64,000 nucleotides of DNA from Bacilli bacterium (GCA_034185265.1 JAXFZD010000009.1:3558-67557), one strand, 5' to 3'. Shown: positions 52,142 to 62,825, numbered from the stretch's first letter. Notes: generated from the sequence alone by a model not told the origin. Numbers and translations: made by a program.

Positions 52142-53218
52142 TTACTCTTTGCTAACGTTTTTTCTACGGAAATGCTTATTAGCAAAGATAATAGCCAAAT
52201 TAATGAAATACTTAATAACTCCTAGGATGAAGTCTACTAACATTTTTACGTAGACAAGCATTCCAAGTCCAATACCCTTTAGATAATAGTTAAAGAACCA
52301 TATCAAACCCCACGATCCAAAAGCACTAACAAACGCCAAAATGAAATATTTGAAGGCATTTTCGCGGAGTTTTCCGCGTGTATGGAATACTAAATACCTT
52401 AAAAGGAAGAACTGATATGGTGCAGAAAAACTTCTTGCAATTAAGACCATATAGAGCAGTTCAAATAGGCCTGGACCAATAAAGGCAGTATGTTCTAGAA
52501 TTGCAAAAACAGCGCAGTCAATACCCCAAGCAGAAACAGAAACAAATAAATATAAAATCGGAGTAATTAAGAATCTTAACGAGTCAGCGACAGGTCTAAA
52601 GTGACTATCAGCATTATTGTTGAGATAAATAGTTTGGATTGGAAGTTCAATAATTGGAAAATTTCTCGCGATTTCCATCAAAAAGTTCATCTCATATTCA
52701 TAGCGACTTCCTACCGAATAAAGACAAGCCTCAAACATGTCTTTATGAATTGCTCTTAATCCAGTCTGGACGTCAGTTAATTTTTTTCCAGTTGCAAGCT
52801 TAAAATACCTAGCTGACCAGACATTTCCAGATTTAGATTTCTTAGGAATATTAGTGAAATCTCTAACTCCGATAACTAAATCCCCTTCATGTTCTTGAGC
52901 AGCTTCTCTAATTCTTATGATGTCTTCGTAACAATGTTGTCCATCACCATCAGCGGTAATAACATAGTCGACATCGAGATTTTCTTTTATGTATCTAAAA
53001 CCTGTTTTTAAAGCAAACCCTTTTCCTTTATTTCCCTTATAAGAAAGGACTTTGAATAAAGTTTCTTCTTCTACTTTTTTCCAAATATCATCATATTGCT
53101 CTTCAGATCCATCATTGACGCAGATAAATTCGTCAAAATCATCTTTAGAAAAAGACTTCAAAAATGGAAGAACTAATTCTGAAGGTTGATAGATAGGAAT
53201 GAGCAATGCAAAACGCAT
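52142..53218 (-). CDS. Family-2 glycosyltransferase fused to a GtrA-like membrane domain
   Basis: LLIPIYQPS..CVNDGS..ADGDGQH (GT2 DxD region). C-terminal 4-TM GtrA-like region. Confidence 0.75.
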   Translation of the reverse strand: MRFALLIPIYQPSELVLPFLKSFSKDDFDEFICVNDGSEEQYDDIWKKVEEETLFKVLSYKGNKGKGFALKTGFRYIKENLDVDYVITADGDGQHCYEDIIRIREAAQEHEGDLVIGVRDFTNIPKKSKSGNVWSARYFKLATGKKLTDVQTGLRAIHKDMFEACLYSVGSRYEYEMNFLMEIARNFPIIELPIQTIYLNNNADSHFRPVADSLRFLITPILYLFVSVSAWGIDCAVFAILEHTAFIGPGLFELLYMVLIARSFSAPYQFFLLRYLVFHTRGKLRENAFKYFILAFVSAFGSWGLIWFFNYYLKGIGLGMLVYVKMLVDFILGVIKYFINLAIIFANKHFRRKNVSKE

Positions 53219-53321
53219 GGATAAATTATCTTATTTATTTGCAAATTTAGAAAGAAAAAAATAAAAAAGTATTTTTTTATTATAAAAGCATTAAAATATA
53301 CGATATTCTTAAATAGGACTT

Positions 53322-54809
53322 ATGGAAAACGAGGAAAGAGAAGATTTATTGCCTAGTGTTGCAAAGATTACTGAGCAAGAACTAGAAGAAATGATTAAAG
53401 CAAAGAACGCCTCTGCTTTAAGAGAAGTTTTTATTAATGTTCCTACAATCGATATTGCTGATGCAGCAGATAATCTTGATCCAAAAGACTTGATTTATAT
53501 CTTTAGAACGGTTGAATCTTCTTATACCGCTGACTTCTTTGATGACCTATCTATAGAAACAAAAGAAGCTTTAATTTCCACTATGACTAACAAAGAATTA
53601 GTTGAAATTATCAATGCTTCTTATGCTGATGACATTGTAGACTTTTTAGTCGAAATGCCCGCAAATCTCGCCTCAAAAGTTTTAAAAGCTGCTGATAAAG
53701 AGATGCGTGCAGACATAAACAAACTATTAAAATACGAAGATGATACAGCTGGCTCAATCATGACCACCGAGTATCTAGAATTCCTTGATTCGACTACTGT
53801 AGAAAAAACAATTGATGTTATTAGAGAAAAAGGAAAAGACGCCGAAACTGTTTACACAATCTTTGTTAGAAATGCTTCTAGACATTTTGTTGGAACAGTA
53901 AACCTCGATGATTTAATTTTTGCTAAACCTACTCAAACTCTAGAAGAAATAATGAATAGAGACATTGTCTCTGTTAATACAAATACCGATCAGGAAGAAG
54001 TTGCTAAAACCTTCCGTAGATATGACTTAAACGCTCTTGCTGTTTTAAATAACGATGAAAGAATCGTTGGTATCATCACTATCGATGACGCTGTCGATGT
54101 TATGGAAGAAGAAAACACAGAAGACTTTGCTCGTATTTCCAAGATGGAAGCTATTGATAAACCTTACTTAGAAGTTTCTCCATGGCAAAACGCTAAAAAA
54201 TGTTTCCCTTGGTTAATTGTTCTTCTCGTTTTAGGAACGTTTACCACAATGGTCTTAAATAGATTAGAAAACCAAGCAATTTTCCTAATGATTCCACTTC
54301 TCATCGCCTTTATTCCAACTTTAATGGACACAAGCGGAAATGCTGGCGGGCAAACTACAGGTATGATGATTAGATCTCTCGCTTTAGGAGAAGTCACACC
54401 TAAAGACATAATTAAAGTTTTGTTTAAGGAACTTTGTTCAGCTCTGATTGTCGGATTATTTGTAGGATCTTTTGCTTTTATTTGGATAATTATTGAAGAA
54501 TACACCGGAGTTGTATCACTAGGACAAATAAAAGGCTACGATTTTGCAGGTGTAAATATTTGGAATGGAAACTGCTGGACACCTGAATTTGCCGGTATAG
54601 CAATAAGGACTGCCGGATTAACCGCGATAACAATGTTCTTTGCGATTGTTTTATCAAAATCTATCGGAACAATTCTTCCAATGTTTGCTGCTGCAATCAA
54701 AAAAGACCCAGCCCTTATTTCTCAACCTATGCTTACAACTATAATGGATGTTACTACTCTTATAGTTTATTTCGGTATTAGTTGTCTATTCTTTACAGAA
54801 TTTTTATAA
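53322..54809 (+). CDS. mgtE: Magnesium transporter MgtE
   Basis: MgtE N-domain, CBS pair (..IMTTEYLEF.., ..LAVLNNDERIVGIITIDD), 5-TM C-domain with PTLMDTSGNAGGQ. Confidence 0.9.
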   Translation: MENEEREDLLPSVAKITEQELEEMIKAKNASALREVFINVPTIDIADAADNLDPKDLIYIFRTVESSYTADFFDDLSIETKEALISTMTNKELVEIINASYADDIVDFLVEMPANLASKVLKAADKEMRADINKLLKYEDDTAGSIMTTEYLEFLDSTTVEKTIDVIREKGKDAETVYTIFVRNASRHFVGTVNLDDLIFAKPTQTLEEIMNRDIVSVNTNTDQEEVAKTFRRYDLNALAVLNNDERIVGIITIDDAVDVMEEENTEDFARISKMEAIDKPYLEVSPWQNAKKCFPWLIVLLVLGTFTTMVLNRLENQAIFLMIPLLIAFIPTLMDTSGNAGGQTTGMMIRSLALGEVTPKDIIKVLFKELCSALIVGLFVGSFAFIWIIIEEYTGVVSLGQIKGYDFAGVNIWNGNCWTPEFAGIAIRTAGLTAITMFFAIVLSKSIGTILPMFAAAIKKDPALISQPMLTTIMDVTTLIVYFGISCLFFTEFL

Positions 54810-54857
54810 AGAAAAATTATTGTAAAAGAATATTGCTCTTTGTATAATTCTCTCGCT

Positions 54858-54940
54858 GCGGAGGTGGCGGAATGGTAGACGCGTACGTTTGAGGGGCGTA
54901 TGGTTATGCCGTGTGGGTTCAAGTCCCATTCTCCGCACCA
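54858..54940 (+). tRNA. tRNA-Leu (anticodon GAG)
   Basis: Cloverleaf folded by hand: acceptor GCGGAGG/TCTCCGC, anticodon stem TACGT/GCGTA, loop TTGAGGG, long variable arm, GGTTCAAGTCC T-arm, encoded CCA. Confidence 0.95.
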
Positions 54941-54953
54941 ACTTGTCTAAAAG

Positions 54954-54976
54954 CTCGATGTAATCGAGTTTTTTTC
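54954..54976 (+). terminator. Rho-independent terminator after tRNA-Leu
   Basis: CTCGAT-gta-ATCGAG followed by TTTTTTT. Confidence 0.75.
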
Positions 54977-55038
54977 TTATTTATGCAAGTATCTATATTA
55001 TTTAAATATGATATAATAATCTTGTTAGATAAATTGAA

Positions 55039-56571
55039 ATGCCGCTAGTTGAATTAAAAAATGTAAACTTCAATTATGGAGATAAAGAGCTCTATAATAA
55101 TGTTAATCTCAAGATTAATCCAAAAGAGCACTGTTTTCTTGTTGGAGTTAATGGTTCAGGGAAAACTACACTATTTTCTCTTATTTCAAAAGAACTTAGA
55201 CCAGATTCAGGAGAAGTAATTCTTCAAGATAATTTGACTTTTTCTGTCCTAGATCAGCATTTAAAAATTCAAACAGACCAAACTGTAATCGACTATCTTT
55301 ACGGCGTTTATAAAGATCTCTTTGATAAAGAAAAAGAAATGAAAGATCTTTATGAAAAAGCCTCATATGACTTTGATAATTTCGAAAAAATACTAAATAA
55401 AGCCAACAATTTAAATGAATATCTAGTCGAGCAGGGTTTTTATGCTCTTCAGGAAAAAGTTGGAAAATTGATAAACGGATTAGGAATTTCCGACTTTCTT
55501 TTGGAAAGAAAACTTTCCACTCTTTCTTCTGGACAAAAAGAAAAAATCTATCTCGCTAAAATGCTCCTAGAAGACAACGATTTCTTATTGATGGACGAAC
55601 CAACAAACTTTTTGGATGCTAATCAAATCAAGTGGTTGTCTCAATTTTTGCAAAATTATCCAAACGCTTTCCTCATAATCTCTCACGATGTGGCGTTTAT
55701 GAAAACTGTCGGAGAAATCTTTTTCTCACTAGAAAACAAGACGCTCACTAGATATAAAGGGGATTACGACACATTTATAGAAGCTAAAAAATTAAATGAA
55801 GAACTTTATAAAAAGAACTACGCCGCACAACAACGTTACATTAAAAAAGAAGAAGATTTTATTCAAAAACATATTGTTAGAGCAACATCAGCAAAAGCTG
55901 CTAAATCACGAAGAGCTAGACTAGCTCACGTGACAAGATTAGCTCCTCCTGCTAAAGAAGAAGGACTCGTAAATTTTACGTTTCCATTTTCCAAATATGT
56001 TGGGGATGTTACAGTAAAAATAGAAGACTTAGAAATTGGCTATGACTTCCCACTTTTAGATCCAATTTCTCTTGAACTAAAAAAGAATGAAAAAATAGCA
56101 ATTATTGGCGAAAACGGAGTAGGAAAAACAACTCTAGTAAGAACTATATTGGGACAAATTCCTAAAATCGGAGGGAGTTTTGCGTTAATAAAAGACTTAA
56201 AGATCAATTATTTCAATCAAGATGAGCCTATTCCTTTCTCCCTTACTCCGTTTGATTATTTCAAGCAATTCTTTCCTAACTATTCCAATACAGAAGTTAG
56301 AACTGCCTTAGGTAATGTCGGGGTAAAAAAGGAGACAGCATTACGAAAAATGAGTGAACTTTCTGGAGGAGAAATTACTAAGACTAGATTAGCAATTCTT
56401 ACTAAAACTCCTTGCAACTTTTTAATCCTTGACGAACCTACAAACCATCTTGATCAAAAAGCAAAAATGTCCCTTTTTCAAGCAATCGCAGAGTTTCCAG
56501 GAACAGTAATTTTAATTTGCCATGAAAAAGATTTTTATGATGGCTTAGTTGATTATGAATTTAATATTTAA
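55039..56571 (+). CDS. ABC-F family ATPase (two tandem ABC domains, no TM domain)
   Basis: GVNGSGKTT / LSSGQKEK / LLMDEPTNFLD and GENGVGKTT / LSGGEITK / LILDEPTNHLD, with a charged linker between. Confidence 0.85.
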   Translation: MPLVELKNVNFNYGDKELYNNVNLKINPKEHCFLVGVNGSGKTTLFSLISKELRPDSGEVILQDNLTFSVLDQHLKIQTDQTVIDYLYGVYKDLFDKEKEMKDLYEKASYDFDNFEKILNKANNLNEYLVEQGFYALQEKVGKLINGLGISDFLLERKLSTLSSGQKEKIYLAKMLLEDNDFLLMDEPTNFLDANQIKWLSQFLQNYPNAFLIISHDVAFMKTVGEIFFSLENKTLTRYKGDYDTFIEAKKLNEELYKKNYAAQQRYIKKEEDFIQKHIVRATSAKAAKSRRARLAHVTRLAPPAKEEGLVNFTFPFSKYVGDVTVKIEDLEIGYDFPLLDPISLELKKNEKIAIIGENGVGKTTLVRTILGQIPKIGGSFALIKDLKINYFNQDEPIPFSLTPFDYFKQFFPNYSNTEVRTALGNVGVKKETALRKMSELSGGEITKTRLAILTKTPCNFLILDEPTNHLDQKAKMSLFQAIAEFPGTVILICHEKDFYDGLVDYEFNI

Positions 56572-57086
56572 GCAATTAATTGTTTTGGTTTAAGTTTGAA
56601 TAATATGCAAATATATTTAGTGTGTGGAATTTTAACCCAGTAGTTATATCCATTAACATCATAGTTATAAGCAATAATTGATTTGGAATATAGATTGTTA
56701 ATCTCTTTCAAGATAACTAGTTCCTTTTCGATTTCTTCATCATTTTCATTATCGAGAACGCCATAATTGACAGCTTGTTCCACTTTTCCAATTTTCTTAA
56801 CACATTCTTTAAACTTTGTAACGCTTGTAGAATCAAAATGCATTTCCTTCATTTCTTCAAGAATTTGAAGTTCGTTTTCCTGGAATGAGTAACCTTTTTT
56901 AAGCAAAAGATCAGATAATTTTTGTAATGTCTCAATTTTGTTAAGCATTACGACAGAAAGAGTTCTGACTCTATTTATTAAATTTTTCTTTATCTCTACA
57001 GCATAAGAGAGAACAACAATAATGTTGATCAAATACAAAAATACAAGAATGACAACAATAAGTAAAATAATCTGCCAAGGTTCCAT
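56568..57086 (-). CDS. N-terminally anchored hypothetical protein (172 aa)
   Basis: Single N-terminal TM (IILLIVVILVFLYLINIIVVL). No motif recognised. Confidence 0.5.
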   Translation of the reverse strand: MEPWQIILLIVVILVFLYLINIIVVLSYAVEIKKNLINRVRTLSVVMLNKIETLQKLSDLLLKKGYSFQENELQILEEMKEMHFDSTSVTKFKECVKKIGKVEQAVNYGVLDNENDEEIEKELVILKEINNLYSKSIIAYNYDVNGYNYWVKIPHTKYICILFKLKPKQLIA

Positions 57087-57212
57087 ACGTTAATTCTAAT
57101 TACTAAAGTAAAAGAAATAAATATTAAACTGGAATTTTTTATCGTTTTTTGCTGTTTTTCACCTTTTTTAATATTGTTAAATATATTAAAAACAACTAAA
57201 ATTACTACAACT

Positions 57213-58034
57213 ATGAATAAAAAACCAATTTGTGCGATTCTTTACGATTTCGATAGCACGCTTGCAATCACAGATATGCAAGCTTTTGATTTTATCCCTG
57301 CTTTAGGAATGGAACCTAAAGAATTTTGGGATGAGACAACTAAATTTTCTGAAGAAACAGGTTGCGAAAGAACTCTTTCCTACCTCTACACAATGAAGAA
57401 ACTTGCTAAAGAAAAAGGTATTAAAATTGACAAAGAATTCCTTAGAGCTTGTGGAAAAAACATCCAATTTTTCCCTGGCGTTACTACTTGGTTTAATAGA
57501 ATCAACGAATACGGAAAAGAGCACGGGGTTAGAGTTGAACATTACCTAGTTTCTTCTGGAAACAAAGAAATTGTAGAAGGCTGCTCTATTGCTAAAGAAT
57601 TCAAGGTTATGTACGCCTGTGAATATCTCTTTGATAAGAAAACAGGCGAGATTTACTGGCCAAAATTAGTTATAAATTACACACAAAAGACACAATACTT
57701 CTTTAGAATTTCTAAAGGTGTTTATGATGCAACTGACGATATTGGTGTAAATGAAAAGAAACCTGAAAGAAGGGTTCCTTACCAAAATATGATTTACATT
57801 GGAGATGGAATGACAGATATTCCTTCAATGATTATTGTTAAAAATAACGGCGGAAAATCTATCGCTGTTTATCCTAAAGGAAAAGAAGAAAAGATTAAAA
57901 GTTTAAAGCAAGATGGAAGAGTTAACTATGCTTGTTTAGCAGATTATTCTGCTGGAAAGAAACTCGAAAAAATCCTTCAATTTATTATTCAATCAATTCA
58001 AATTAATACAGCATTAAATAACGAAGAAAATTAA
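57213..58034 (+). CDS. HAD-superfamily hydrolase
   Basis: ICAILYDFDSTLA (DxDxT) and IYIGDGMTDIP. ATG at 57213 preferred over the TTG at 57174, but the start is uncertain. Confidence 0.7.
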   Translation: MNKKPICAILYDFDSTLAITDMQAFDFIPALGMEPKEFWDETTKFSEETGCERTLSYLYTMKKLAKEKGIKIDKEFLRACGKNIQFFPGVTTWFNRINEYGKEHGVRVEHYLVSSGNKEIVEGCSIAKEFKVMYACEYLFDKKTGEIYWPKLVINYTQKTQYFFRISKGVYDATDDIGVNEKKPERRVPYQNMIYIGDGMTDIPSMIIVKNNGGKSIAVYPKGKEEKIKSLKQDGRVNYACLADYSAGKKLEKILQFIIQSIQINTALNNEEN

Positions 58035-58045
58035 GAGGTCAACAT

Positions 58046-58750
58046 ATGAGCACTAGAAAGCAAATAGCTATTGTTTTATCTGGAGGAATAGGAAGTAGAT
58101 TTTCCGAAAGAACTCCAAAACAATTTATTATGATGGGCGATAAACCTCTTTTAATCCATACTCTTTATAAATTTTCTACCTCTATTGATGTTGATCGTAT
58201 TTATGTAGTTGCTCCAAAACAATATTTAGAAGAAACTAAAGAACTTATCGCGAAATATCATGTAAAGAAAGTTGCTTACGTTCTTCCTGGAGGACCAACT
58301 AGAGAAGAATCTACTCTTCATGCTTTAGATTTTATCTACAAAGAAGGAATAAATTTCTCTTCTCTTATCATGGTTCATGATGCTGATAGACCAAATGTTA
58401 CTCATAAAATAATTAAAGATAATTTCAGAATGGCATATAACACTGGAACTGCTGTTACAGCAGTTAATCCAGCCGATTCCATTGCTTATTCTAGAGAAGG
58501 TTTAATTTTGGATGCCTATTTAAATAGAAACCTAACTTATTTTATTCAAACTCCCCAAACATTTAGATTTGATATTCTTTATTCTTCAATGGTATCTTCA
58601 TTTAAGAAGGGGACTATTTACAAAATGACTGATGAAGCATCAATAGTAAAGGCAAACCACTACAAAATTAAAATAGTAGAAGGCGATCCAAATAACTTTA
58701 AAATCACCACTAGAGTCGATGCGGCAATCTTTATCGCGGGGCTAAAATAA
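58046..58750 (+). CDS. IspD/TarI-family sugar-phosphate cytidylyltransferase
   Basis: IAIVLSGGIGSRFSERTPKQFIMMGDKPLLIHTL N-terminal nucleotide-binding motif. Confidence 0.7.
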   Translation: MSTRKQIAIVLSGGIGSRFSERTPKQFIMMGDKPLLIHTLYKFSTSIDVDRIYVVAPKQYLEETKELIAKYHVKKVAYVLPGGPTREESTLHALDFIYKEGINFSSLIMVHDADRPNVTHKIIKDNFRMAYNTGTAVTAVNPADSIAYSREGLILDAYLNRNLTYFIQTPQTFRFDILYSSMVSSFKKGTIYKMTDEASIVKANHYKIKIVEGDPNNFKITTRVDAAIFIAGLK

Positions 58751-59116
58751 ATGTTTATTCCTGAAGTTGGAAAAATATACGAAGGAACTGTTGCAAAAGT
58801 CTTTTCAAACTACGCAATTTTAATATTTGAAGAGGGTTTTACGGGGTTATTGCATATTTCAGAGACTTCAGATAACTATATAAGAAGTTTTACTTCTTTA
58901 GTTAAAGTAGGAAAAATTTATAACTGCAAAGTAATTTCTTTAGATCCAAATGGACAAAATATTAAAGTTTCCATTAAGAAAATTACAGCTGAAGAAAGAA
59001 AGAATTATGAGAAATTTGTCGATGTTTCTCATCTAAAAACTGATTTCACATCATTGAGTTCGCATCTCGGTGGTTGGATAGATTCAAAAATTGGGAAGGA
59101 AGAAAAAAATGATTAA
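58751..59116 (+). CDS. S1 RNA-binding domain protein
   Basis: GKIYEGTVAKVFSNYAILIFEEGFTGLLHISE.. Confidence 0.75.
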   Translation: MFIPEVGKIYEGTVAKVFSNYAILIFEEGFTGLLHISETSDNYIRSFTSLVKVGKIYNCKVISLDPNGQNIKVSIKKITAEERKNYEKFVDVSHLKTDFTSLSSHLGGWIDSKIGKEEKND

Positions 59117-60380
59117 AGTTGATGACTCATTTATTTTGAACAAAATTGACTATGCGTCTTACTTAGACCAAGTTAAGCAAATCAACGAAGGAATAAACAA
59201 ACGTTCCTTAGTTGGTTCTGATTTCCTTGGCTGGGCAGATTATCCTTTAACTTATGATAAGGAAGAATTTGAAAAAATTAAGAAAGACGCTGAATATATT
59301 AGAAAGAACTTTGAAGTTCTTGTTGTTACTGGTATTGGCGGATCATATTTAGGAGCTAGAGCTGCAATTGAAGCATTAAACGGCTTATTCCCACAAAAAG
59401 ATATTGAAATTATCTATTTTGGACAAACTTTTGCACCTAGTTATGTTGCCCAAGTTCTTAAATATTTAGACAATAAAAAATTTGCTATTAATGTAATTTC
59501 TAAATCTGGTACCACTACTGAAACTGCAATCGCATTTAGATTATTAAAAGAAAAACTTGAAGCTAAAGTAGGCAAAGAAGAAGCCGCTAAAGCAATATTT
59601 GCTACTACAGATAAAGAAAAAGGTGCACTTTTAGAACTAACTAAGAAATATGGTTATTCTAAATATGTTCTTCCTGCTGATGTTGGAGGAAGATATAGTG
59701 TATTCACTGCTGTTGGTCTTCTTCCTATGGCTGTTGCTGGCATCAATATTGATGAATTCATGCTCGGAGCTAAATTAGCTAGAGAAGAATTCAGCAAAGG
59801 TGAAATTAATGAAGCTTATAAATATGCCATCATCCGTCACGAATTATATAAGAAATATCCAGTAGAAATGTTTGTTTCTTATGAACCAAGATTCGTTCAA
59901 TTAGGTGAATGGTGGAAACAATTATTTGGTGAAAGTGAAGGAAAAGAAAAGAAAGGTTTACTTCCAGATAGCGCCACATTCTCAACTGATTTACATTCCT
60001 TAGGTCAATTTATCCAAGATGGAACTCCAATCTTATTTGAAACGATTCTTGACATAGAAAAGCCAGCTATGGATGTAAATATCCCTCTAGATGAAGATAA
60101 TTTAGATAAACTTAACTATTTAGCCGGAAAAACTCTAGATTACGTAAATAAAAAAGCTGAAGAAGGTACATTAAAAGCTCACGTAGAAGACGGAAAAGTT
60201 CCTAACTTAGTCCTTAGATTAGAAGAAATGTCTCCAAAAGCTCTTGGATATCTCTTCTACTTCTTCATGAGAACATGTGCTATGTCAGCATACTTAAATA
60301 AAATAAATCCATTTAACCAACCAGGAGTTGAAATTTATAAAAAGAACATGTTTCATCTCCTAGGAAAGCCAGGCTATTAA
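59109..60380 (+). CDS. pgi: Glucose-6-phosphate isomerase
   Basis: VVTGIGGSYLGARA, ISKSGTTTET, GGRYSVFTAVGL, GESEGKE. ATG at 59109 preferred. Confidence 0.9.
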   Translation: MIKVDDSFILNKIDYASYLDQVKQINEGINKRSLVGSDFLGWADYPLTYDKEEFEKIKKDAEYIRKNFEVLVVTGIGGSYLGARAAIEALNGLFPQKDIEIIYFGQTFAPSYVAQVLKYLDNKKFAINVISKSGTTTETAIAFRLLKEKLEAKVGKEEAAKAIFATTDKEKGALLELTKKYGYSKYVLPADVGGRYSVFTAVGLLPMAVAGINIDEFMLGAKLAREEFSKGEINEAYKYAIIRHELYKKYPVEMFVSYEPRFVQLGEWWKQLFGESEGKEKKGLLPDSATFSTDLHSLGQFIQDGTPILFETILDIEKPAMDVNIPLDEDNLDKLNYLAGKTLDYVNKKAEEGTLKAHVEDGKVPNLVLRLEEMSPKALGYLFYFFMRTCAMSAYLNKINPFNQPGVEIYKKNMFHLLGKPGY

Positions 60381-60395
60381 TACCTAAAGACACAA

Positions 60396-60427
60396 CAAAA
60401 AGGTTCGAGATTGTCGAACCTTTTTTA
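60396..60427. terminator. Bidirectional terminator between pgi and htpG
   Basis: AAAAA-GGTTCGA-gatt-GTCGAACC-TTTTTT. Confidence 0.85.
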
Positions 60428-60438
60428 ATCCTAAATTA

Positions 60439-62358
60439 TTACTTTTTTACAATTAAAGAATTAATCTTTTTAACAAATCCAATCTTATCTTCAATCTCAA
60501 TTCCTTCTAACATAAGAGCTTCATCATAAAGTAGTGAGCCATATTCTTTAACTAAATCATCATCTTCAATAGAAATGATATTTTGAACTAATGGATGTTT
60601 TGGATTAAGCTCTAAGACCTTTTTAGAAGTTGGGAATGAAGCTTCTTCCTCAGATAATCTAGATTGATCTTTTAAGATTCTTTCCATGTTTAAAGACATT
60701 GAATCTTTAGAAGTTAGACAACATGGAGAATCAATTAATTTAGAAGAGAATATAACATCATCTACTTTAGAATTAAGAGATTCTTTTAAGTTATCTAAAG
60801 CGCGTTTATGTAAATTTGTTGCTTCTTCTATCGCTGCTTTTTCTTCATCAGATAAATCAGCTTCTGAATCCATTGAAATATTCTTAAATTCTTTATCTTT
60901 ATATGTATTCATCATGGATAAGACGAATTCATCAATAGCTTCAGAAAGAAGTAATACATTAATGCCTTTTTCTTTAAATTTCTCTAATTGAGGAAGATTA
61001 ACAACTTCATCATGGCTTCTTCCTGAGGCGAAATAGATATATTTTTGTTTCTTCTCCATAGATGAAACATAAGTATCTAAATCAATTAAATCTTCATCCT
61101 TAGTTGTGGAGAAAATTAATAGATCTTGGAGCAAGTCTTTCTTTTGTCCATAGCTTTCATAGATTCCGCCCTTAAGATAATTTCCATAAATCTTGAAGAA
61201 TTTCTTATATAAATCAAAGTTATTCTTCTTTGTTTCAGCTAGTTTATCTATCACTTTCTTTTCAATAGAAGATTGAACTCTATTCAAAAGAGAGGAGTTT
61301 TGCAGCATTTCTCTAGAAATATTAAGTGGGAAGTCCTCACTATCGACCACGCCTTTTACAAATTTAAGATAATCGGGAATTAACTCTTTGCAGTGATCTT
61401 TAATAAAGACACCTTTAGTATAAAGAGTTAAACCTTTCTCGTAATCATCTGAATAAATGTTATATGGAAGATGACTTGGGACAAATAATAAGGCTTTATA
61501 TGTAATAAATCCTTCAAGAGAAATATTTACATTTAGCATAGGATTCTCAAAGTCAGAAAATTTATCTTTATAGAAATTATTTAATTCTTCTTCAGTAATC
61601 TCTTTTGGATTCTTTTTCCATAAAGGAATCATTGAATTAAGAGTTTTAATTTCTTCTACATCTTCATATTTACCTTCGATTTCTTTTCCTTCTTTATCTA
61701 ATTTAGGTTTAGAAGTTTTAACTAACATCCTAATAGGATAACGGATGTAATCGGAATATTTCTTAATTAAAGACTCAATTTCATATTGTTCTAAAAATCT
61801 TGAATAATTAGTTTCCTTAGTATCGTCTTTTAAGAATAATGTAATTTCTGTTCCACTATCCATATCAGATTCAACGTCTTCAATTGTATATTTATCTTTA
61901 CCGACAGAAACAAATAAGTGAGCTTTTCCATCGATTGGTTTAGAAATAACTTCAACACGTTTAGCAACTATAAAAGCTGAATAGAAGCCAACGCCAAATT
62001 GACCAATAATGGATAAGTCGTTATTTTCTTTAAAGTCTTTATATTTCTTAATAAATTCACTAGATCCTGATTTTGCAATAGTGCCTAAATTCTTTTCAAT
62101 TTCTACTTTAGACATACCAATTCCGGTATCTCTAATAGTTAATGATTTCGCTTTTTTATCCACAGAAATGAAAATTTCATGGGACTTTTGCGGATATTTT
62201 TCAGAATTTGTTAAAGAAAGATAACGATATTTATCAATTGCATCTGACGCATTTGAAATAAGTTCTCTCAAGAAAATTTCTTGGTTTGAATAAATAGAAT
62301 TAATCATTAAATCCAGGAGCTGTTTCGATTCAGTTTGGAATTCTTTTTCTTCTCTCAT
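60439..62358 (-). CDS. htpG: Molecular chaperone HtpG (Hsp90)
   Basis: FLRELISNASDAIDK, IGQFGVGFYSAF. Confidence 0.95.
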   Translation of the reverse strand: MREEKEFQTESKQLLDLMINSIYSNQEIFLRELISNASDAIDKYRYLSLTNSEKYPQKSHEIFISVDKKAKSLTIRDTGIGMSKVEIEKNLGTIAKSGSSEFIKKYKDFKENNDLSIIGQFGVGFYSAFIVAKRVEVISKPIDGKAHLFVSVGKDKYTIEDVESDMDSGTEITLFLKDDTKETNYSRFLEQYEIESLIKKYSDYIRYPIRMLVKTSKPKLDKEGKEIEGKYEDVEEIKTLNSMIPLWKKNPKEITEEELNNFYKDKFSDFENPMLNVNISLEGFITYKALLFVPSHLPYNIYSDDYEKGLTLYTKGVFIKDHCKELIPDYLKFVKGVVDSEDFPLNISREMLQNSSLLNRVQSSIEKKVIDKLAETKKNNFDLYKKFFKIYGNYLKGGIYESYGQKKDLLQDLLIFSTTKDEDLIDLDTYVSSMEKKQKYIYFASGRSHDEVVNLPQLEKFKEKGINVLLLSEAIDEFVLSMMNTYKDKEFKNISMDSEADLSDEEKAAIEEATNLHKRALDNLKESLNSKVDDVIFSSKLIDSPCCLTSKDSMSLNMERILKDQSRLSEEEASFPTSKKVLELNPKHPLVQNIISIEDDDLVKEYGSLLYDEALMLEGIEIEDKIGFVKKINSLIVKK

Positions 62359-62495
62359 AAACTACCTCCATTATTTTCATGAAATACAATACTACTTTTT
62401 TTAGCAGTTGCAAGTCTTGAGTGCTAAAAATTATGAAAAAAGCCATAAAAAAAGACTTTCTGTTTGTCGAAAGTCAATTATCCCAATTTTTATGT

Positions 62496-62581
62496 TGGTG
62501 CCCGAGACCGGACTCGAACCGGTATGAGTTTGACCTCGAAGGATTTTAAGTCCTTTGCGTCTACCATTTCGCCACCCGGGC
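62496..62581 (-). tRNA. tRNA-Leu (anticodon TAA)
   Basis: Reverse complement GCCCGGGTGGCGAAATGGTAGACGCAAAGGACTTAAAATCCTT.. Long variable arm, GGTTCGAGTCC, CCA. Confidence 0.95.
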
Positions 62582-62587
62582 ATTTTT

Positions 62588-62662
62588 TGGTCCCTCGCGC
62601 GAGGCTCGAACTCGCGACCCCTTGATTAAAAGTCAAGTGCTCTACCACTGAGCTAGCGAAGG
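62588..62662 (-). tRNA. tRNA-Lys (anticodon TTT)
   Basis: Reverse complement CCTTCGCTAGCTCAGTGGTAGAGCACTTGACTTTTAATCAAGGGGTCGCGAGTTCGAGCCTCGCGCGAGGGACCA. Confidence 0.9.
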
Positions 62663-62664
62663 AT

Positions 62665-62739
62665 TGGCTGGGGTGGCTGGAATCGGACCAGCGCATCAGG
62701 GAGTCAAAGTCCCTTGCCTTACCGCTTGGCTACACCCCA
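62665..62739 (-). tRNA. tRNA-Gln (anticodon TTG)
   Basis: Reverse complement TGGGGTGTAGCCAAGCGGTAAGGCAAGGGACTTTGACTCCCT..CCACCCCAGCCA, with a U1-A72 pair. Confidence 0.95.
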
Positions 62740-62741
62740 AC

Positions 62742-62825
62742 TGGTGGGTGAAGATGGATTCGAACCACCGAACAATTAAGAGCTGATTTACAGTCAGCCG
62801 CGTTTGGCCACTTCGCTATTCACCC
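62742..62825 (-). tRNA. tRNA-Tyr (anticodon GTA)
   Basis: Reverse complement GGGTGAATAGCGAAGTGGCCAAACGCGGCTGACTGTAAATCAGC.. Long variable arm, CCA. Confidence 0.95.

Noticed and set aside
62588-62662. tRNA-Lys appears to start with a C1-G72 pair (acceptor CCTTCGC/GCGAGGG) instead of the usual G1
   Set aside because: The cloverleaf is otherwise canonical and the neighbouring tRNAs are normal. Without a tRNA scanner or comparative data I cannot tell whether this is a lineage trait, so I do not raise it as a finding.
62490-62696. 68-aa minus-strand ORF
   Set aside because: It lies entirely within the tRNA-Leu/Lys/Gln genes and is an artefact of GC-rich tRNA sequence.
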